The notes beneath the pieces are model-generated. The model was not told the origin of the DNA and did not search any database. It was given only the letters and a program-made list of their open reading frames with translations. A DNA stretch of 63,838 nt, filler included, from Reticulomyxa filosa (lineage: Eukaryota; Protista; Foraminifera): assembly GCA_000512085.1 (NCBI GenBank). It is 19 parts of 19 records of this genome, joined end to end, with 100 filler letters (N's around TTAATTAATTAA, not from the genome) between each part and the next. Parts side by side here need not be neighbours in the genome. Positions count along the whole stretch, not along the records: positions 21,318 to 31,219 come from ASPP01000949.1; positions 31,320 to 33,322 come from ASPP01013830.1; positions 33,423 to 34,822 come from ASPP01044851.1; positions 34,923 to 42,668 come from ASPP01021530.1; 15 more parts are not named here. One strand, 5' to 3'. Both the position numbers and the translations under genes were made by a program. Shown piece by piece: positions 26,536 to 40,800 of the stretch (positions are counted from its first letter, which is position 1; each line of letters begins with the position of its first letter).

Positions 26536-29500
26536 ATGGCCAAAACTGGCACTGCGCCAGGAGGCGAAACTTCTCAAAATGAGGGACTAACGTTAACGAC
26601 GTTTATCCAAAAGTCTTTGGGAGCAAAAGTTACGTTCCCAGCCAAAACTGGGAACTAGTAAAAAAAAAATAAAGCAAGTCCCCTCAACGTATATTCTTAT
26701 TCAAACTAAAAAAAGCACTAACATAAAACGACAGAATGCAGCTCCCAATCAGAAAAGCTATCAGTTTTTGGTATCAAGCTTAAATTGCCATACTCAGTAC
26801 AAACCGGAATCTGTGAAACTGTTTAGTTTGCCTTTTTTTTTTGTGGCATTCGCTCTATTTTAATCAAATTGACAATTTCAAAAAAAATAGTTGGTACGCT
26901 GCACTTTGCGATAACGTACAATTGCTGTCGTTGGATAAATACCACGAGCTGTGGACCGTGATATTTGATAAATTCCGCTGGGACTTCCCACAGAATGCTT
27001 TGGAAGAGTACAGCCGCTTTTGTTTGCTGTTACTGTCTCACGAACCCATGGCACTGAAAGTGGTGTTGACCTCGTGCGTGTCCGAATTCTGCCCCAATCT
27101 TCGCACATCAAAAGTGCTCCCGCCTGACAGTTCTTTTTTTCCCCTTTTTTTTTAAATTTGCGAAAGTGCGAGAGTAAAAAATTTTTTTAATAATATTTAT
27201 TTGTAATGAAACAAAAACTCATAAACATTTAAAAATTAAAAATGAATCTGTAGAAAAACTCCAAACAAATTATGGTGCAATTCACATGATGATACAGCGT
27301 ATATACGCGGTGAGACCGACATTGCCGGCAACATTGTTCCAAGTGCTAGTGGACAATTTTCCCAACAACTTTGACCCGACGTATAACATAATCACGTATG
27401 TGCAGCAATTGCTAGTTGTGATGCAGTATGTTCCTGAACTAAGGTTTGTGGAAATTTTTTCGTTTTTGTTAATTTGAATGTTTTTTTATTGCTTTTTTTT
27501 TTTTTTTTGAAGAATTACATCAGGAAAGTGCTACGGGTGATTGAATAAAAGTTTTTAAAAAATGAATCAAAACCATGTATGGCCCAAAGGCAATAGGGTG
27601 TTTTTTTTTGCAAATAAAAGTTGAATGATATGATATGTGATGCGTATTGTAAAATTTGTTTGTATATGTTGGCTATTGTGATAGGGATGAAATATTAAAG
27701 TTGATAATGGAACGAATGGTAATGATTGACAAATGTGCACACAAGGAAATGTCCGAGGGAACATTTGAGCTTGGCAATGGTACTGCAGACAGCAAGGAAG
27801 AAACAAAAAAGAACAGCGAGCAAATGAGTTTGGACAACAGTGATGACAATGATAAGAAGGGCGACAACTTTGCCGATAAACTGGATAGACTAATGTGTTT
27901 GATGTTTGAATACGTTAACCTAATTTCCAAAACGCCCAAATTGCTTAGAGAATTGTTTATCACGTTGTGTCGCATTTTTGAAAAAACCGTACTGACTACT
28001 ATCGAAGTTGAGTTTTCTGAACCCATACGTACACCCATAAAACACTCTCTATTTCTTTTTTTTTTAAAACAATGTGACAGTGGATGTTGTGTTGTCATTG
28101 ATGTATTTGTTGTGTTGCAGCTGCCGACCGTTCCTTTTTTGATGTTCTATCTGTGCCATCTGCGCCCGCAATTTGCGGAAGAGTTTACAAGCAGATTGCT
28201 GCGGTTGTGCACCGACACAGGCAAGCCGACTCACGAACGATGCTTTGCGGCGACCTATGTTGGAGGATTCATTTCGAAAGCCAAATATTTACGGCAGGCA
28301 TCGTGTTTGGTAGCTTTGGACATACTGTTGCAATGGCTCAGTGGCTACGTGACAACGTATTGCAAATCGAATTTGTTCAACATGACTATGCCTGCCAAAG
28401 AGGTGGTAAATCATCAATTGTTTTATGCAGTTTGCCACGCTGCATTTCGTATTTATTGCAGAGAATCAGAGTGCTTGGAAAGTGCGATTGAGTCTCATCC
28501 CCAAGTATGTGCTTAATTGGAAAAAAACAGTGTAGTTTGGATAAACAAATGAATGGAGTAAGTTGATTTGAAAGGTGTCCTTTTGAGGATTGGGCAATAA
28601 TAACAATACCAGTTTAATGCAATTGTGGGATTTGTTGCAAACATACACTTGACACTCTATTCTTTTTTTTGTCAATATTTGTCCGAATACAGGTACCTGA
28701 TTGTTTGCAAATCGTTCTCAATTCATCTTTACAGCCACTCAAAGTTAAATTCTTTTGGTTTACAAAACACTATTTCATGTTTGGTTGTTTGTTTTGCTTT
28801 GGCATTGTTTCGTGCAAAATTTATTGTTTCGTCAGGCTGATTTGTATTACTTTTTAAACATCTTTTTCTCGTATTCACACTCAACAGTATTGTCGTAATG
28901 AATTAGTTGAAGAATTTGTAACAGCACTGTCTCAATCCTCCTTTGGTGAAAAGTGCTTGCCTTCAACTAGGACTTTGAGTTCTCATTTTGCTTGGCTGGC
29001 CAAAGCTTCATTTGTCGATTTGCAAGTTCTTCCATTTGACGAATACCTTTTACCAAAATCAAAAAGTTATTTGGACGGGCTTATTCGAGCAAATGAACCC
29101 AAAGTTGTGTATTCGAGTTTTGGTGTTTGGTTATTATCTGTTTGATGATATTGTGTTAGCCACTGAACAATTGTTGTGATTAAAAACTTTCAATTTTCCC
29201 AAAAAAACGAACTGATCCATATGTACATTGGTTCATATTATCCACTCTATCGTGAATGAGAGTTTTACAAAGGATACACTTTGTTAAATAGAGTCCATTG
29301 CGCGAAGAAGAACACCAAGATCAAGAAATGATGGACAACGATCCCTTAAATTATTTACAACACACTGTTGACCCCGAGGCAGCATTAACACCTTCGAAAA
29401 AAGGTTTACAAGAAGAAGATATCCCAAGGGAGAATGAAGATGACGACATGCCAATGTTGAATTTGAATGAAAATGTATGGGATGCAGTCAGAAACAGAAA

Positions 29501-29546
29501 AATAACTTTGGATGTGGACACTGAAGACGACTGCTTTATGGAGTAA
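26536..29546 (+). CDS. RRN3: RNA polymerase I transcription initiation factor RRN3/TIF-IA, multi-exon
   Basis: LVDNFP..YVQQLL..YVPELR|DEILKLIMERMVMID, ADKLDRLMCLMFEY, VPFLMFYLC, AATYVGGFISKAKYL, HQLFYAVCHA, LQPLK|YC, PFDEYLLPKS. Confidence 0.85.
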
Positions 29547-30155
29547 ATTAATATGAACATATACATTGTTTTGATTGTTGGTGTTTTATCTGATTTTATC
29601 GAATCGTGTTGGCTAATGAGCAATTTCAAAAACAACACGTTTTTAGAAATTTGCTGTGGCAAATTGAAGTTTCTTTGAGACTTCACATTTTCACACATAC
29701 CAACAAGGAAAAAAATGCCTTGTCAAACATCATTACACAGTGTTTTTTTTCTTCAGGCCGTTTGATGTATTCAAAAAAAAAAATTTTTAAACTTGTTAAA
29801 GATTAATCTAAGATCTCCACTTCATTATCTTTTAAGGGATCGTTTTTGAATTAACAAAAAAATTTTGTCAATTTTAATTTGAAGTAAACAATTTGATATT
29901 ATTGCTTTTTTGTTCTGCTTGTTTATGCTTTATGCATATTTGTTTCAAGGCTTGTCTCAACAACGTCTATTGTTCAGCATTAATCAGGAACTCAAGTCTG
30001 TAAATAAGGAAAGATTGATCAATGTGGCAAACGCTTAAAACGAATTTTTTACTAGAAGGAATAGTAGCAAACAAGAATACAACGTTTGACAGGTTACTTT
30101 TGTACCGCTGAAAAGTATTTTTTTTTGGCAAGGGTATGCTAATAGTCCGTGTGGA

Positions 30156-31219
30156 ATGACAAGGAGTATGTTTTGGCTGTGTCACCATGTTTTGTTACTT
30201 TGTTGTATCGTGTCGCATTTGCTTCCTGTGAGTGAGAGCTATGTCCTCGGCACACGAATCAACGTTACCTATAATTCTTCAACTTTTAACGTTACTACCG
30301 TCGTGTTGAGTTTGGTGTATAACAATGGGACTGACGACAATGTAGTATTGCCAATTGGCGAGGTTTGTTTTTTTCTATAAATATATTATCGTGTCCAAAA
30401 CTTTTTTGTTAAATTTTGAGTATGCCATAATTTTTTTCTCCCTTTTTCTCTTAAAAAAAAGTACGTGAACACAGGAAAAATAAGCACGATTCCCAATTTT
30501 GAAAACGGAACAGAGCAACTGTTAGTTCCAAACGGGACAACAGGAAGCTTTGTGGTGACAGGAGGCGACCAGAAAGAAACAGCCGAGTCAGGCTTATTCA
30601 TCTACCAACCGTTGACCATCACCAGCACGCAAAGCTATACAGCCGCACTTGGGAGTACATATTCTATGGAGGTGCAAATCCAACCGACTATCGCTTCAAG
30701 CTTTGTCGACCTTAAGTGGAACGTCGACATCGTCACGTTTTGATAACTTTCTTTGACCGACACCCAAGCCTTATACTTTTATACAATCTTTTTTGGTACA
30801 AATTTAAAAAAAGGGGTTGTTTTTTTTTTGTCCTTGCCAACTTTTTTTGGATCTTTTGGATGAATCGTAAAATATGTTGTAACAAAGTGTAAACGGGAAA
30901 AGTTTGATCACCAACGCAAAGGGCAGCATCATGACCTCTTCACCCACCAAAAGTTTTGTATACGTTTAAGTTTCTCCTTTTTCTTCTCTTTTTCCAAAAA
31001 AAAAAAAAAAAAAGGCCCGACCAATATCCCTACATTTGCGCCATCACCTTCACCCACGACAACGGGAGTACCAACGGGGGCACCGATACACGTGCCAACA
31101 CTGAGCCCCACAACGTCTCCGACGTTAATGCCAACAGTGCCGACGACGGAACCGACACGTAAACCAACAAGTAATCCAACAAGTAATCCAACAAGTAATC
31201 CAACGAGTAAACCAACAAG
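30156..31219 (+). CDS. Secreted/surface protein with Pro-Thr-Ser-rich stalk (3' partial)
   Basis: Signal-peptide-like start; beta-rich exons; PTxxPT repeats encoded by a (ccaacaagtaat)n repeat at 31164-31219. Confidence 0.6.
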
Positions 31220-31599
31220 NNNNNNNNNNNNNNNNNNNNNNNNNNNNNNNNNNNNNNNNNNNNTTAATTAATTAANNNNNNNNNNNNNNNNNNNNNNNNN
31301 NNNNNNNNNNNNNNNNNNNTCATATACCTTTTGGTGGTATCAAACAGTATACAATCACTGACAATCAAGGGCGTGACAACTAAAACTCCAAAACTTTGGG
31401 GACAACTTAAAAATAAAAAACGAACAGACAATTTTGATTGTTTTCCATTTCAATTGGCAAAATTAATGTGCTGCAAATATATACGATATGAATATTATCA
31501 GATAAAGTTTTTCCAAAACTGTAAATAACAAAAAAAAAAGACAAAAGCGTTGTTGGAATGCTGGTTTCGATTGTTATTTATCACCCGATGATAGATTGA

Positions 31600-32900
31600 A
31601 GAGCTGTCTCTGGCACTATTGAATGAATTATTGAACAGATGGACTGATGACGATGAATTGCGCCACTCGCGTAATGTAGCCGCCATCCCGTCTTTATCGA
31701 ATTACATGATCGAAGTGGACCACAACGACTCCACAGACACAAAACACACCACTCATTTCAAAACAAATCTTCGCTTTCCTTTCAAACCGCTCACGTGGCA
31801 GTGTGAATCTTATGTTCGGTCTTATTCACAATAAAGACATCACCGCTACTGCTTGCTCCATTTAATCAACAAGGAATGATACGTTTCGCTATGGCAAAAA
31901 AAAAAAATAATAATGTAAATTATTTAAATGCGCTTGATGATACCAAAGCAAACATAATAAAAAATGAAACTGTAACGTCCAATGGACACTTTGGCAAACA
32001 TATTTTAATAATAACATTGCAGATAGAACAAAATACCTTGTCCATTGCCAATTTGTTTACTATCAGATTCTCTTTTACCGAAATTGGAAATTCTTTTAAT
32101 GTTTTACTTTTCGCCAATACAATCGCCTTTGACAACAATAGCAATGACACAACTAATAATAACAAGAAGAAAAAGAAAAATATGAACAATAATTGTGATT
32201 AGAACATAAATAAAAGTGATAAAACAATTGTCGACTCTGTTTCGATACTTCCAAGACAACATGTAAACGTGAATGTATCCATCGCAAATGAAAACGATAA
32301 TAATAATAATGACAATATTAATAATAATGAGAATGAAATACATTATGTTGCAAAGAAAACTGAACGCCTAAAACAAAAATTAGAACACAGTCCCGATATG
32401 TTCGTGAATAGCTCCTTCAAAAGTGCGACTGAAAGTCCGAACACAGACTCCATACAAATGATGCGATCCAAGCGATTGCGATTGCAAAGTGGCACATGAA
32501 CTCGGATTTTGGCCAATCATAGACAAATACATGTCATCTACTTTGGTTGCACACATTGTAGCAAGCAATATACCAGCAAAGTGGCATTTCGTGAGCATGT
32601 GCAAACAATGCACCGCTACTTTGTCCCGTTTGTATGTAAATTTTATGTGAAAAAATTCGGTCGCAAGAATTACTTTAACCATTAATTGTATGCATATTTA
32701 TATTTTTGTTTCTTTTTTTATTTTTTTGACTGTTCCATTTGTTATTACTTATCCAAAAAAAAATTCTTCTTTGTTTGTTTTAACAGACGAATCAACACTG
32801 TAAAGATGCCCTATCTTTGTTATGTTTGAAATAAATCTTTTAAGCAAAAAGGAGCATTGAAAAGACATTCACATTTGCATAAAGTGGAAAAAATCATTCT
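31600..32900 (+). pseudogene. C2H2 zinc-finger gene, disrupted
   Basis: Intact finger CTHCSKQYTSKVAFREHVQTMH (about 32547-32613); finger PYLCYV*NKSFKQKGALKRHSHLH with TGA at 32827; further stops and frameshifts upstream. Confidence 0.7.
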
Positions 32901-32988
32901 AATATTCATTTTCTGGATGCTATCATGCGTTTAATGATTCACCAAAACTCATCAAAATGAATTTCTTTTATCATAAAAATTTTATTTA

Positions 32989-33094
32989 CAGTTTCGACAA
33001 AAAAATTAGACAATCCTAAAATATTAACTTTTTGTATTTCTAAACAAAATTTTAGTAGCAAATTGTTATAATTTTTTCTGGTTTACTGTATATA
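32989..33094 (+). mobile_element. Tc1/mariner-like element end (family A), interrupted by family B
   Basis: TA|CAGTTTCGACAAAAAAATTAGACAA...; homologous to 21589-21481 (minus strand). Confidence 0.65.
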
Positions 33095-33322
33095 CAGTAG
33101 ATTGAAAAAAAAACTACATACCTAAATGGCACTATATGAAGAGAATCGATTTTCTCAATGAAAAATAAAGATTTAAACATAATTTTTAAAAATTATACTA
33201 ATATTGTAGTTTTTAAATATTAAATTAGTTTTATGATAAGTTTTTTCTGCGTTGATTAAAAATATGATTTTTTCAAACGATTTTTAAAAATTTCGAAGTA
33301 GTTCATATAAATTGAACATGTA
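33095..33322 (+). mobile_element. Tc1/mariner-like element end (family B)
   Basis: TA|CAGTAGATTGAAAAAAAAAC..ATACCTAA.TGGCACTATATGAAGAGAATCGATTTT; a near-identical copy at 45028-45170 has an unrelated 5' flank. Confidence 0.75.
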
Positions 33323-33422
33323 NNNNNNNNNNNNNNNNNNNNNNNNNNNNNNNNNNNNNNNNNNNNTTAATTAATTAANNNNNNNNNNNNNNNNNNNNNN
33401 NNNNNNNNNNNNNNNNNNNNNN

Positions 33423-34500
33423 TCCAAATGGTTTTTGCAAATATTGTAATTTATTTTCCCAATACCAATTTACAAATTCATAAGATAACAATAATACTGA
33501 GAATGATACACAATGTGAAAATCTTGCCAAGAATGACATTGCATAAGTTTCTTTAATCGTTTCATTATTTTTTAATTGTGTCATGATCTCACTTGTTAAA
33601 TTTACTCGATAATTATCACTTATTTCTTCATAAGTTGTCGCAATCTTATTCATTGATGGAAATTCACTTTCAATTCCGATTCCGACTGCCAAAACGCAAA
33701 TTCTTTCTCTCAGTCCATTCATTTCACTGGACAATTGTGCATTTGTTCTATTATTTGTATTCACACAACAATATAATATTTATTTTTTTGGCATAAGTGT
33801 TTTGCTTTGTTGGGACAATTGCTCAAATTTGCTTGCTTGAACAAGTAACAAGCAAAGATGATGTTTTAATGCACATGTGTTATCTATTTTTTTTTTAATT
33901 TTGGAGATTAATGAAATTAAGAAACTTGTTGGCCTCGTTCAGTTTTTGTGTATAGTCTTTGACTTGAATCTCCAACTTTGAAATATTTCCCTCACGTTCC
34001 CGAATGGTATTACGTAAAGCATTTAAAGTTCTAATTTTTTTATTTATTTTTGATTGATACACAGATAGTGGTTTCATTTTCTTGATTACAGAATTAACTC
34101 GCTTTCTTCCGCTTTTGTCTGTGACAAAAAAAATTCAATCGATATTATTTTGTTATTGTACTCGTTATGAATGAAATAGAGTATGTTGAATAACTTGAGG
34201 AATTAGAGTGGCCAAATGTTCTGGAATTACCTACCAAGTTTATTGCTTGTATTTTATATTAAAACAAAAAATCAAAAAAGTATAAACAAAACTCTGAAAG
34301 CAGTCCATATACCCTTATAACCGTTGCTTAGTTCTAGCAGAAGATCTTCTCTATTTACGAAACATTTCTCCACACGAGCATATCTTGTATATTTTGATGC
34401 CGAAAGCCATCCACTTTCTTCAATTTCGTAAGACACCAAAGCCCCAATTGACAACTTTTTTTTTGGATATCATTTTAACAAAATAGTCTTTTTTTTTTTG
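33423..34500 (-). CDS. Hypothetical coiled-coil protein fragments (possibly pseudogene)
   Basis: Co-oriented ORFs 34272-34454, 33895-34077 and 33423-33764 separated by AT-rich intron-like gaps. Confidence 0.35.
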
Positions 34501-37500
34501 TAAAGGGACAAAAGAAGCTAAACACTTTGAGAGGACATAGATTCGGCACAATACGACATCAAGGATTGAATAATCTCTTTCAACACTTTGGGAGAGTTAT
34601 TTGCCTAAATATTTGAATAGCAAACGGAGCGAGTAGATGCTTTTCAAAAAAGATAAATTACCTCAGCATCCACAAATTGTTTAGACAAATCAGAATTCAA
34701 AACATGAAAACATCTTTGGGGTGTTTGGAAAGCTTGTGCATCATTGAGATTTGCAATAACAAGAGCCGGTTCTATTATACCCAATTTGTCGTTTTTCATC
34801 CACCGAATCTATTTCATTTTTTNNNNNNNNNNNNNNNNNNNNNNNNNNNNNNNNNNNNNNNNNNNNTTAATTAATTAANNNNNNNNNNNNNNNNNNNNNN
34901 NNNNNNNNNNNNNNNNNNNNNNCAAAAAATTTTTCATAATTATTCTGAATATCTGCGAATTTAACTTTAAATTGATTATATTTGTGTTATTAATATCACT
35001 TTGTTCGCTCAGGAAAAAAAAATTTACTTCGCTTGGTTCTTGCATAAAAAAACTTTCTTTAAGCGAAAGGGTGAAAGGAAATTCATGATCAATAATCAAA
35101 AAAGAAGGACATAACGCGCGAATACAATATACCACGTGAAAATCACTTACAAAATGATCATTTCTTTTGAAAACTATCGATAAGGTTATGATATTTGTAT
35201 TTGGTAAAGATATTTAAACGTGAAATTTTATAATTTTACAGCAGTATGTACCGAAATATCTTTGTTCTTCATCCCATTGAGACCCTTTTCTCACTTTTAG
35301 TCTAAACTTCGGAATTACTGGCACTTGTGTTTAAAAAATTAGAATTATAGTATATTCTTTTTTTTAGCTCTGTATTTTTGGATAAACAGTCTTCATTAAG
35401 GGATAATTGGATACTTTTTCAGGTTCAAAGAACGTTGACGTTGGACGATATGATAATTTGAATTCGAAGTAGGTGTACCTCAATGATCATCTATTATTTT
35501 TATTATATATAAACAATATTGTGGAAATGGTAAAAAAAATTGTTAAGACAAAGTTTGGAGTCAAACAATATATATTTTTTATTAAGATTAAAGGCATCCT
35601 GCGTGTTTCGACACGTTACCTTCAAATTGTTAAAAAAGAAAAATAGCAACAATATTTAACACATTTCCACATGCCCAATTGTCAAAGAAATTTTTAAGTT
35701 TTGTTTTTCGTGTTGATCTGTGTAAGTCTTTCAAAATATCAAAAATTGTGAAATATTGTTTTTAGTTATGTTAGAGGGAGGCAGTACCTCAATAACTATG
35801 CAATGTTTATTACTAGTTTTTCTTAACTTTTTTTGTTTTATCTTCTGTTTGCTTTGTTTATTTTTGTAGTTACGCTTCCTTTTCTTTATCTGCATCAAAA
35901 TAACTACAATTTTAAATCTTTCTGTTGTTGAAAAGAGAAATGTAGTGAATTTTGTCAAGCATTGAAGTAATTCATAAAAGTTTAGAGTTGGGATATAAAA
36001 ATAATTTTTTTAATTATTATTAAATTAACATTATGTGCAACAAATATCCAATTACAAGTTAATACGAACAATTTTGTTATGTTTTTAAAAAATTATATTG
36101 CAGAAACAAAGCATCCGTTTGTTTTCCTGACATTTTTAATTACATTGCACAATGGTTACCAATTCTTGCACATCTATGATAGAGTCGCTGGTCAGTTGCT
36201 CTTTCAATGTCGAATTGATTTTTTATATTTTGTCTGATCGAAATTTGAGTTTCTGTTTGGCAATTGTTTTCTTGCGTTCCACAAGAAAGTATTATACTGA
36301 TTTGGAGATTGTTTTTGAGGCTTGTGCAGTCTTTTTCACCTCAACTCTGATCATTTTACTAGAATCTCGTTGTCTGGTTTTTTTGGTGTTAATTTTGAAA
36401 TGACTAATTTGTCGAATATTATGATCTTTTATTCAGGAAGTTTTGTGAAAAAAGTAGATAGCTAAAGTGACACATTTACAAAGATTATCAAGTTTCTACA
36501 CGAGAAGCAAAGGCTCCAAAATAAAGTCAATAACATAAATGTATTATTATTATTGACAGTCCGTTTTTAGGCCTTTGTTTTCGTGTAGGAACCGAATAAC
36601 CCTCGTAAATATGTTACTTTGGCTATCTATTTTTCTCCCAAAACTTCCCAACCTGACAACGACAATCATCGATTGATGCGAAATACTCGATATCACAAAT
36701 CACAAACAACATCGCGGCGACTCCCGTTCAGTTGGTATGCACGATCAAATTTTTGTGCCAAGTTTTTTTTTTACATCGTTCATAGATTTTTTTTTTACAC
36801 GTATGTATTTTTTCCCACTAGCATCCCTTTTTTTTAATTTTCGTGCTCGCTTCGAAGTTCAACTTTCCTGCCCACAATGAGCCAGTTACAACACTCGCTT
36901 GAATGTCTCCACAAGATATTCATTTTCCATCTCAGGCATAGCATTAATCGTTTTTTCATGTTCAATTTTGGTTTTAACTCCGAATGTGGTTTTTTTTTTT
37001 TTGAGCGTAAGCGTGTGCTCCTTCGCAGCCATGGATGCATGATTTTTTTGGAGTGCATAGTTATTTTTCCATTAATTGGGCACTGATAGCTATCAAAAAT
37101 GGAGCATGTGTCGCTATTAAAGGTTTGTATTTTCAGACATTACATATCAACAAAAATATTTTCTTATTGTCTCCCGCTCTTCTCTCACGCAAACGACGGG
37201 TAAACTCCTTTTCAGTTCTCATAAAACGCAAAATTACCTGAAAACAAAATCAGGCTCCACTTTCATAATTTACAATTGCTCGTCTTAACGTAACAACGAG
37301 AATAACACAACTTAAAGACAAGAATAACAACTTAAACAACAAAGATTTTTTGTTCAAGGAGCTTTTTTTTTTTTTTTCAAGCACCAATTTTTTTCTGCAG
37401 TTGAGTACTCTAAAAACAGTTAAATAATTCTGCAAACATTAAAAATAAAAATAGTTGAAGAACTGTCAAGTTTCTCTAAGTTTTACATGCGTAATTTTTA

Positions 37501-37892
37501 TTAAATAAGGCTATGGACAGCAACTGACTATAGTTAGAGCAAAAAATTCAAATAGTTAAAGATGTCATAATGAAGCACTGAAACCTTTTCGTACATGTGA
37601 AACATTTTTGGAAAATTTTTTTGTAGTTTTTGAGGAGCAAAACCTGATTAAGAACACTTTTTGTTGCTAGTGCTTGCAATATTTGAAAAAGAAAAATGTT
37701 GGGGTGAAAGAAATTCAGCCCGAAATTTGTTTTAAAAAGGAAAACAAACAAGAGCGTTTGTTATTCCCAAATCAATTATCCACAACAAAAAAGTAAAATA
37801 TTCCAATGTAACACATGTTTCACGAAAAAGTTTGAAACATTTTCACGTTCTACGGAGCAAAACAACTTTGACGAATTTTGTTACGTGTTGTA

Positions 37893-40800
37893 TTAAAGAG
37901 CGCGCAGGATTAAGCTGGAGAGGAAATTAATGAAGAATTGGGGACCAATGAAAACGATGATTGCAATACATGCGAGACAATAGAATATGCAATATAATTT
38001 GAAACACAATTTGTTCCCCAAGAGTTGACGTAACAACTCCAACGGGTTCCAGCTCTGTTTTGGAACAAAGACATGTGTATGTTTATTATTTAAGTTCTGT
38101 ATCTTTCTGACAAAACTCAAATATATGTACATATATAAAAAGGAATGCTACATACCCAATACAAACGTCCTTCAGGTGGTGGCAAGAATGGATTGTTGTT
38201 GGGATCTGATCGACCAATTCCGGCAGGATATTTTGCTGCTTCTTCGGCGCTCATCAATTCCATAGAAATCTGGCATTTTGCTTGAACACCGGTAAAGTTG
38301 GAGTGAGTAAAGTCCAGCCAAAATCTCTTAGTTTGATCTTTTCTCAATATCAAACGAGGTTTGTCAACTCTTTGCAGATAAGCTTGCTTCAATAACAGAT
38401 CCAAGGCAACGTTTACCTCTCCAATGCTGTCACTTGCAGTAAATATATCCTGATCCCACATGCTCAAGGACAGTTGGGTTCGAACATCGATAGGCAATTC
38501 CACAGGATAGAGACAGCGCCAGTTCCATGAACCTTTTCCAAACTTGGCTCTCCAATGGGTATCTGTTTCTTGCTCTTGCCACTCTTCTAATTTCAGTTTG
38601 CATGTGACTCGCAAATCGTTTTGGTCGGTCAATTCATCTTTAATAACAACGTCCTTTGCTTTCCAAACAATCAATCTCATTTCAAATTTCTCTTTCGGTG
38701 GTAAACTAATGTCGATCATTGGAATATTGCGTGCATCGTCTTGGTTCAATAAATCAACCCACAATCGTAACTTACCGAAACTTGCTTGTGAGCGAGGATT
38801 CCACAATGTTCTCTCTTCCAACGGCTTCACGCGCAATCTTCGCCAATCACGACTGAACCATCGATCTTCAATGTCAACCACGGTTACTCCGACTAAATCA
38901 TCACCAATGCCATCCCAGTCCCAAACCTCGATTGTCACTTGCGAAGGTCCAGGCAGACGAGTTCGGAATTCAAACTTCTCGTGGAATTTGGGTTCCAATG
39001 TGTTGGCCAGATAACGCGAGCGAGTGCTAAATGACTCTCGACCTAATTTCACAACTAAATACGGATCGGAAGAGTTATCGTTATCCGTTGAAACCAAGTG
39101 GATGCCATTCAATATGTACAATCGACATGCAACAACTCGGGTTTGCATCAAAGACTTTAATCCTTGTCCAAAAGGATTTTTTTCATTGATGCTGTGGTCT
39201 GTCAGTTTCCACAAACCTTTTAATTTACCAACTTCTCTGCGATGTTGTCCAAACAATTTCAAGCCTCCTGTTTGACCGGTCCACAAACTAATTCCCTCAA
39301 ATGGTTCCAAGTCCAAGTCCTTTGCGTCTTCCAATTCATGCTTCACTTTTCGTCTGCCTTTCAAATAATCAGGCTCAAAGTCTTCTGGATTGTAAGCAAC
39401 TTTGCTGTCGATATCGAAACAAAATTCCTCCGCATCCGTGTCCCATTCTTTCAATAATTTTTCCGCATTTTTTCGAATTTCGTCGTCCTTTTGTTTTTGG
39501 GATTTTTTCTTCTTCTTTTTCTTTTTTTTGTCTCCGTCGCCATCTTCGCCATCTTTGTTTTCCCCATCTTTTCCATCTTCGCTCTTGTTTTCGAGCAATT
39601 TCTCTTCTTCCGCCAATTTCTTTTCTTGTTCTTCTTGTGCTCGTTTCAATTCATCCTCTGGGTTTTCGTACTTTTTCTCTTCTTTCTTATTATCGTCTGC
39701 TTCGTCGCTTGATACCAAATCCACATCACTTGCGTCTTTGTCTTTCGTTTTATCGACAGTGTCCACATCCGTTCCGGCCGCAGTTGTGGTGTCACTCAGG
39801 GCATCTCCTTGCGACTCGTTGTCATCGCTTTCGCTTTCATCGGGAACGGCTTCCATTTCCGTGGGCTTTCCTCCACGGCCTTTTGGTCCCAACACTTTGG
39901 CCAATGCCGATGATTTTTTCTCTGCTTCTTCCAATTTGATCGTCTCAATTTGCTCCAATGTCAATATTTCGAGGTCCTTCTTTTCCAATTCGTCCAATTG
40001 TCGTTTCATTTCCAGTCATACGGAAGCAATGTGCATCTGGCCTCAATGATGCCTTTGGTCTTGCCCAATGCCAATTCACGAACTCGCTTCTCTGCTTGGA
40101 AGGCTCTCCATTCCGCTTCTTCTTCTGCTTTAATTTCCGTGTGAAGTTCATTTTCGTCCAAGATTTTTTTCGCTGTATCTTTAATAATCCAGTCCGTTCC
40201 GTCTTCGTCCTTTTGTAATGTGTTTGTCAACATCACAAATTTATATACATATATATATATATATACACATATATATGTAATACGAAACAATTTTCTCCAT
40301 AAATTTGTCAATTTTAAGAGGAGCGTTACCAATATCGTGTTTAATTAAACCACCAAATTTGTTATCTCGGATGACCAAACTCACAACAGGTGCCAATTCA
40401 AAGTTTTTGGGTAAATCCAAAGTCATCTTTTTGATGACTAACCAGTTGGCATCTTTTGGACTTGGGTCACTGGAAGGATCAGTTGCAACTTCTACCATAT
40501 CACCAGCGATCGGGACTGTTGACACCAGTTGCGGCTTGGACACTCCCAAGCTCGACTTTAATTCACGTACACCAATGACCAAAAAGTGCAAATCAATTGG
40601 GGTCGACTCGTAATCCATTGAAAACAGTGGCACATGGTTTCGTGCACTAGGATCAACTAATTCTACTGCCAAATACACACCTTTTGCTTCCAATTTGTTT
40701 CCCATTTTATCTTGCAATGGGAACCACTCAGCCTTCTTTGTTTTTTCCATTTTTCGAATGGTTTTGAATGGGATGAAAAATCTTGCCAACAAATCATTGC

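Noticed and set aside
34923-37800. Short AT-rich ORFs downstream of ferlin
   Set aside because: Low-complexity F/K/L-rich translations typical of noncoding AT-rich DNA; cannot support a gene call.
38544-40218. Multiple plus-strand ORFs overlapping ferlin, and similar antisense ORFs over the NLR, TPR, mucin and bacterial genes
   Set aside because: Shadow ORFs from low-complexity or GC-rich coding sequence on the opposite strand; no motifs.
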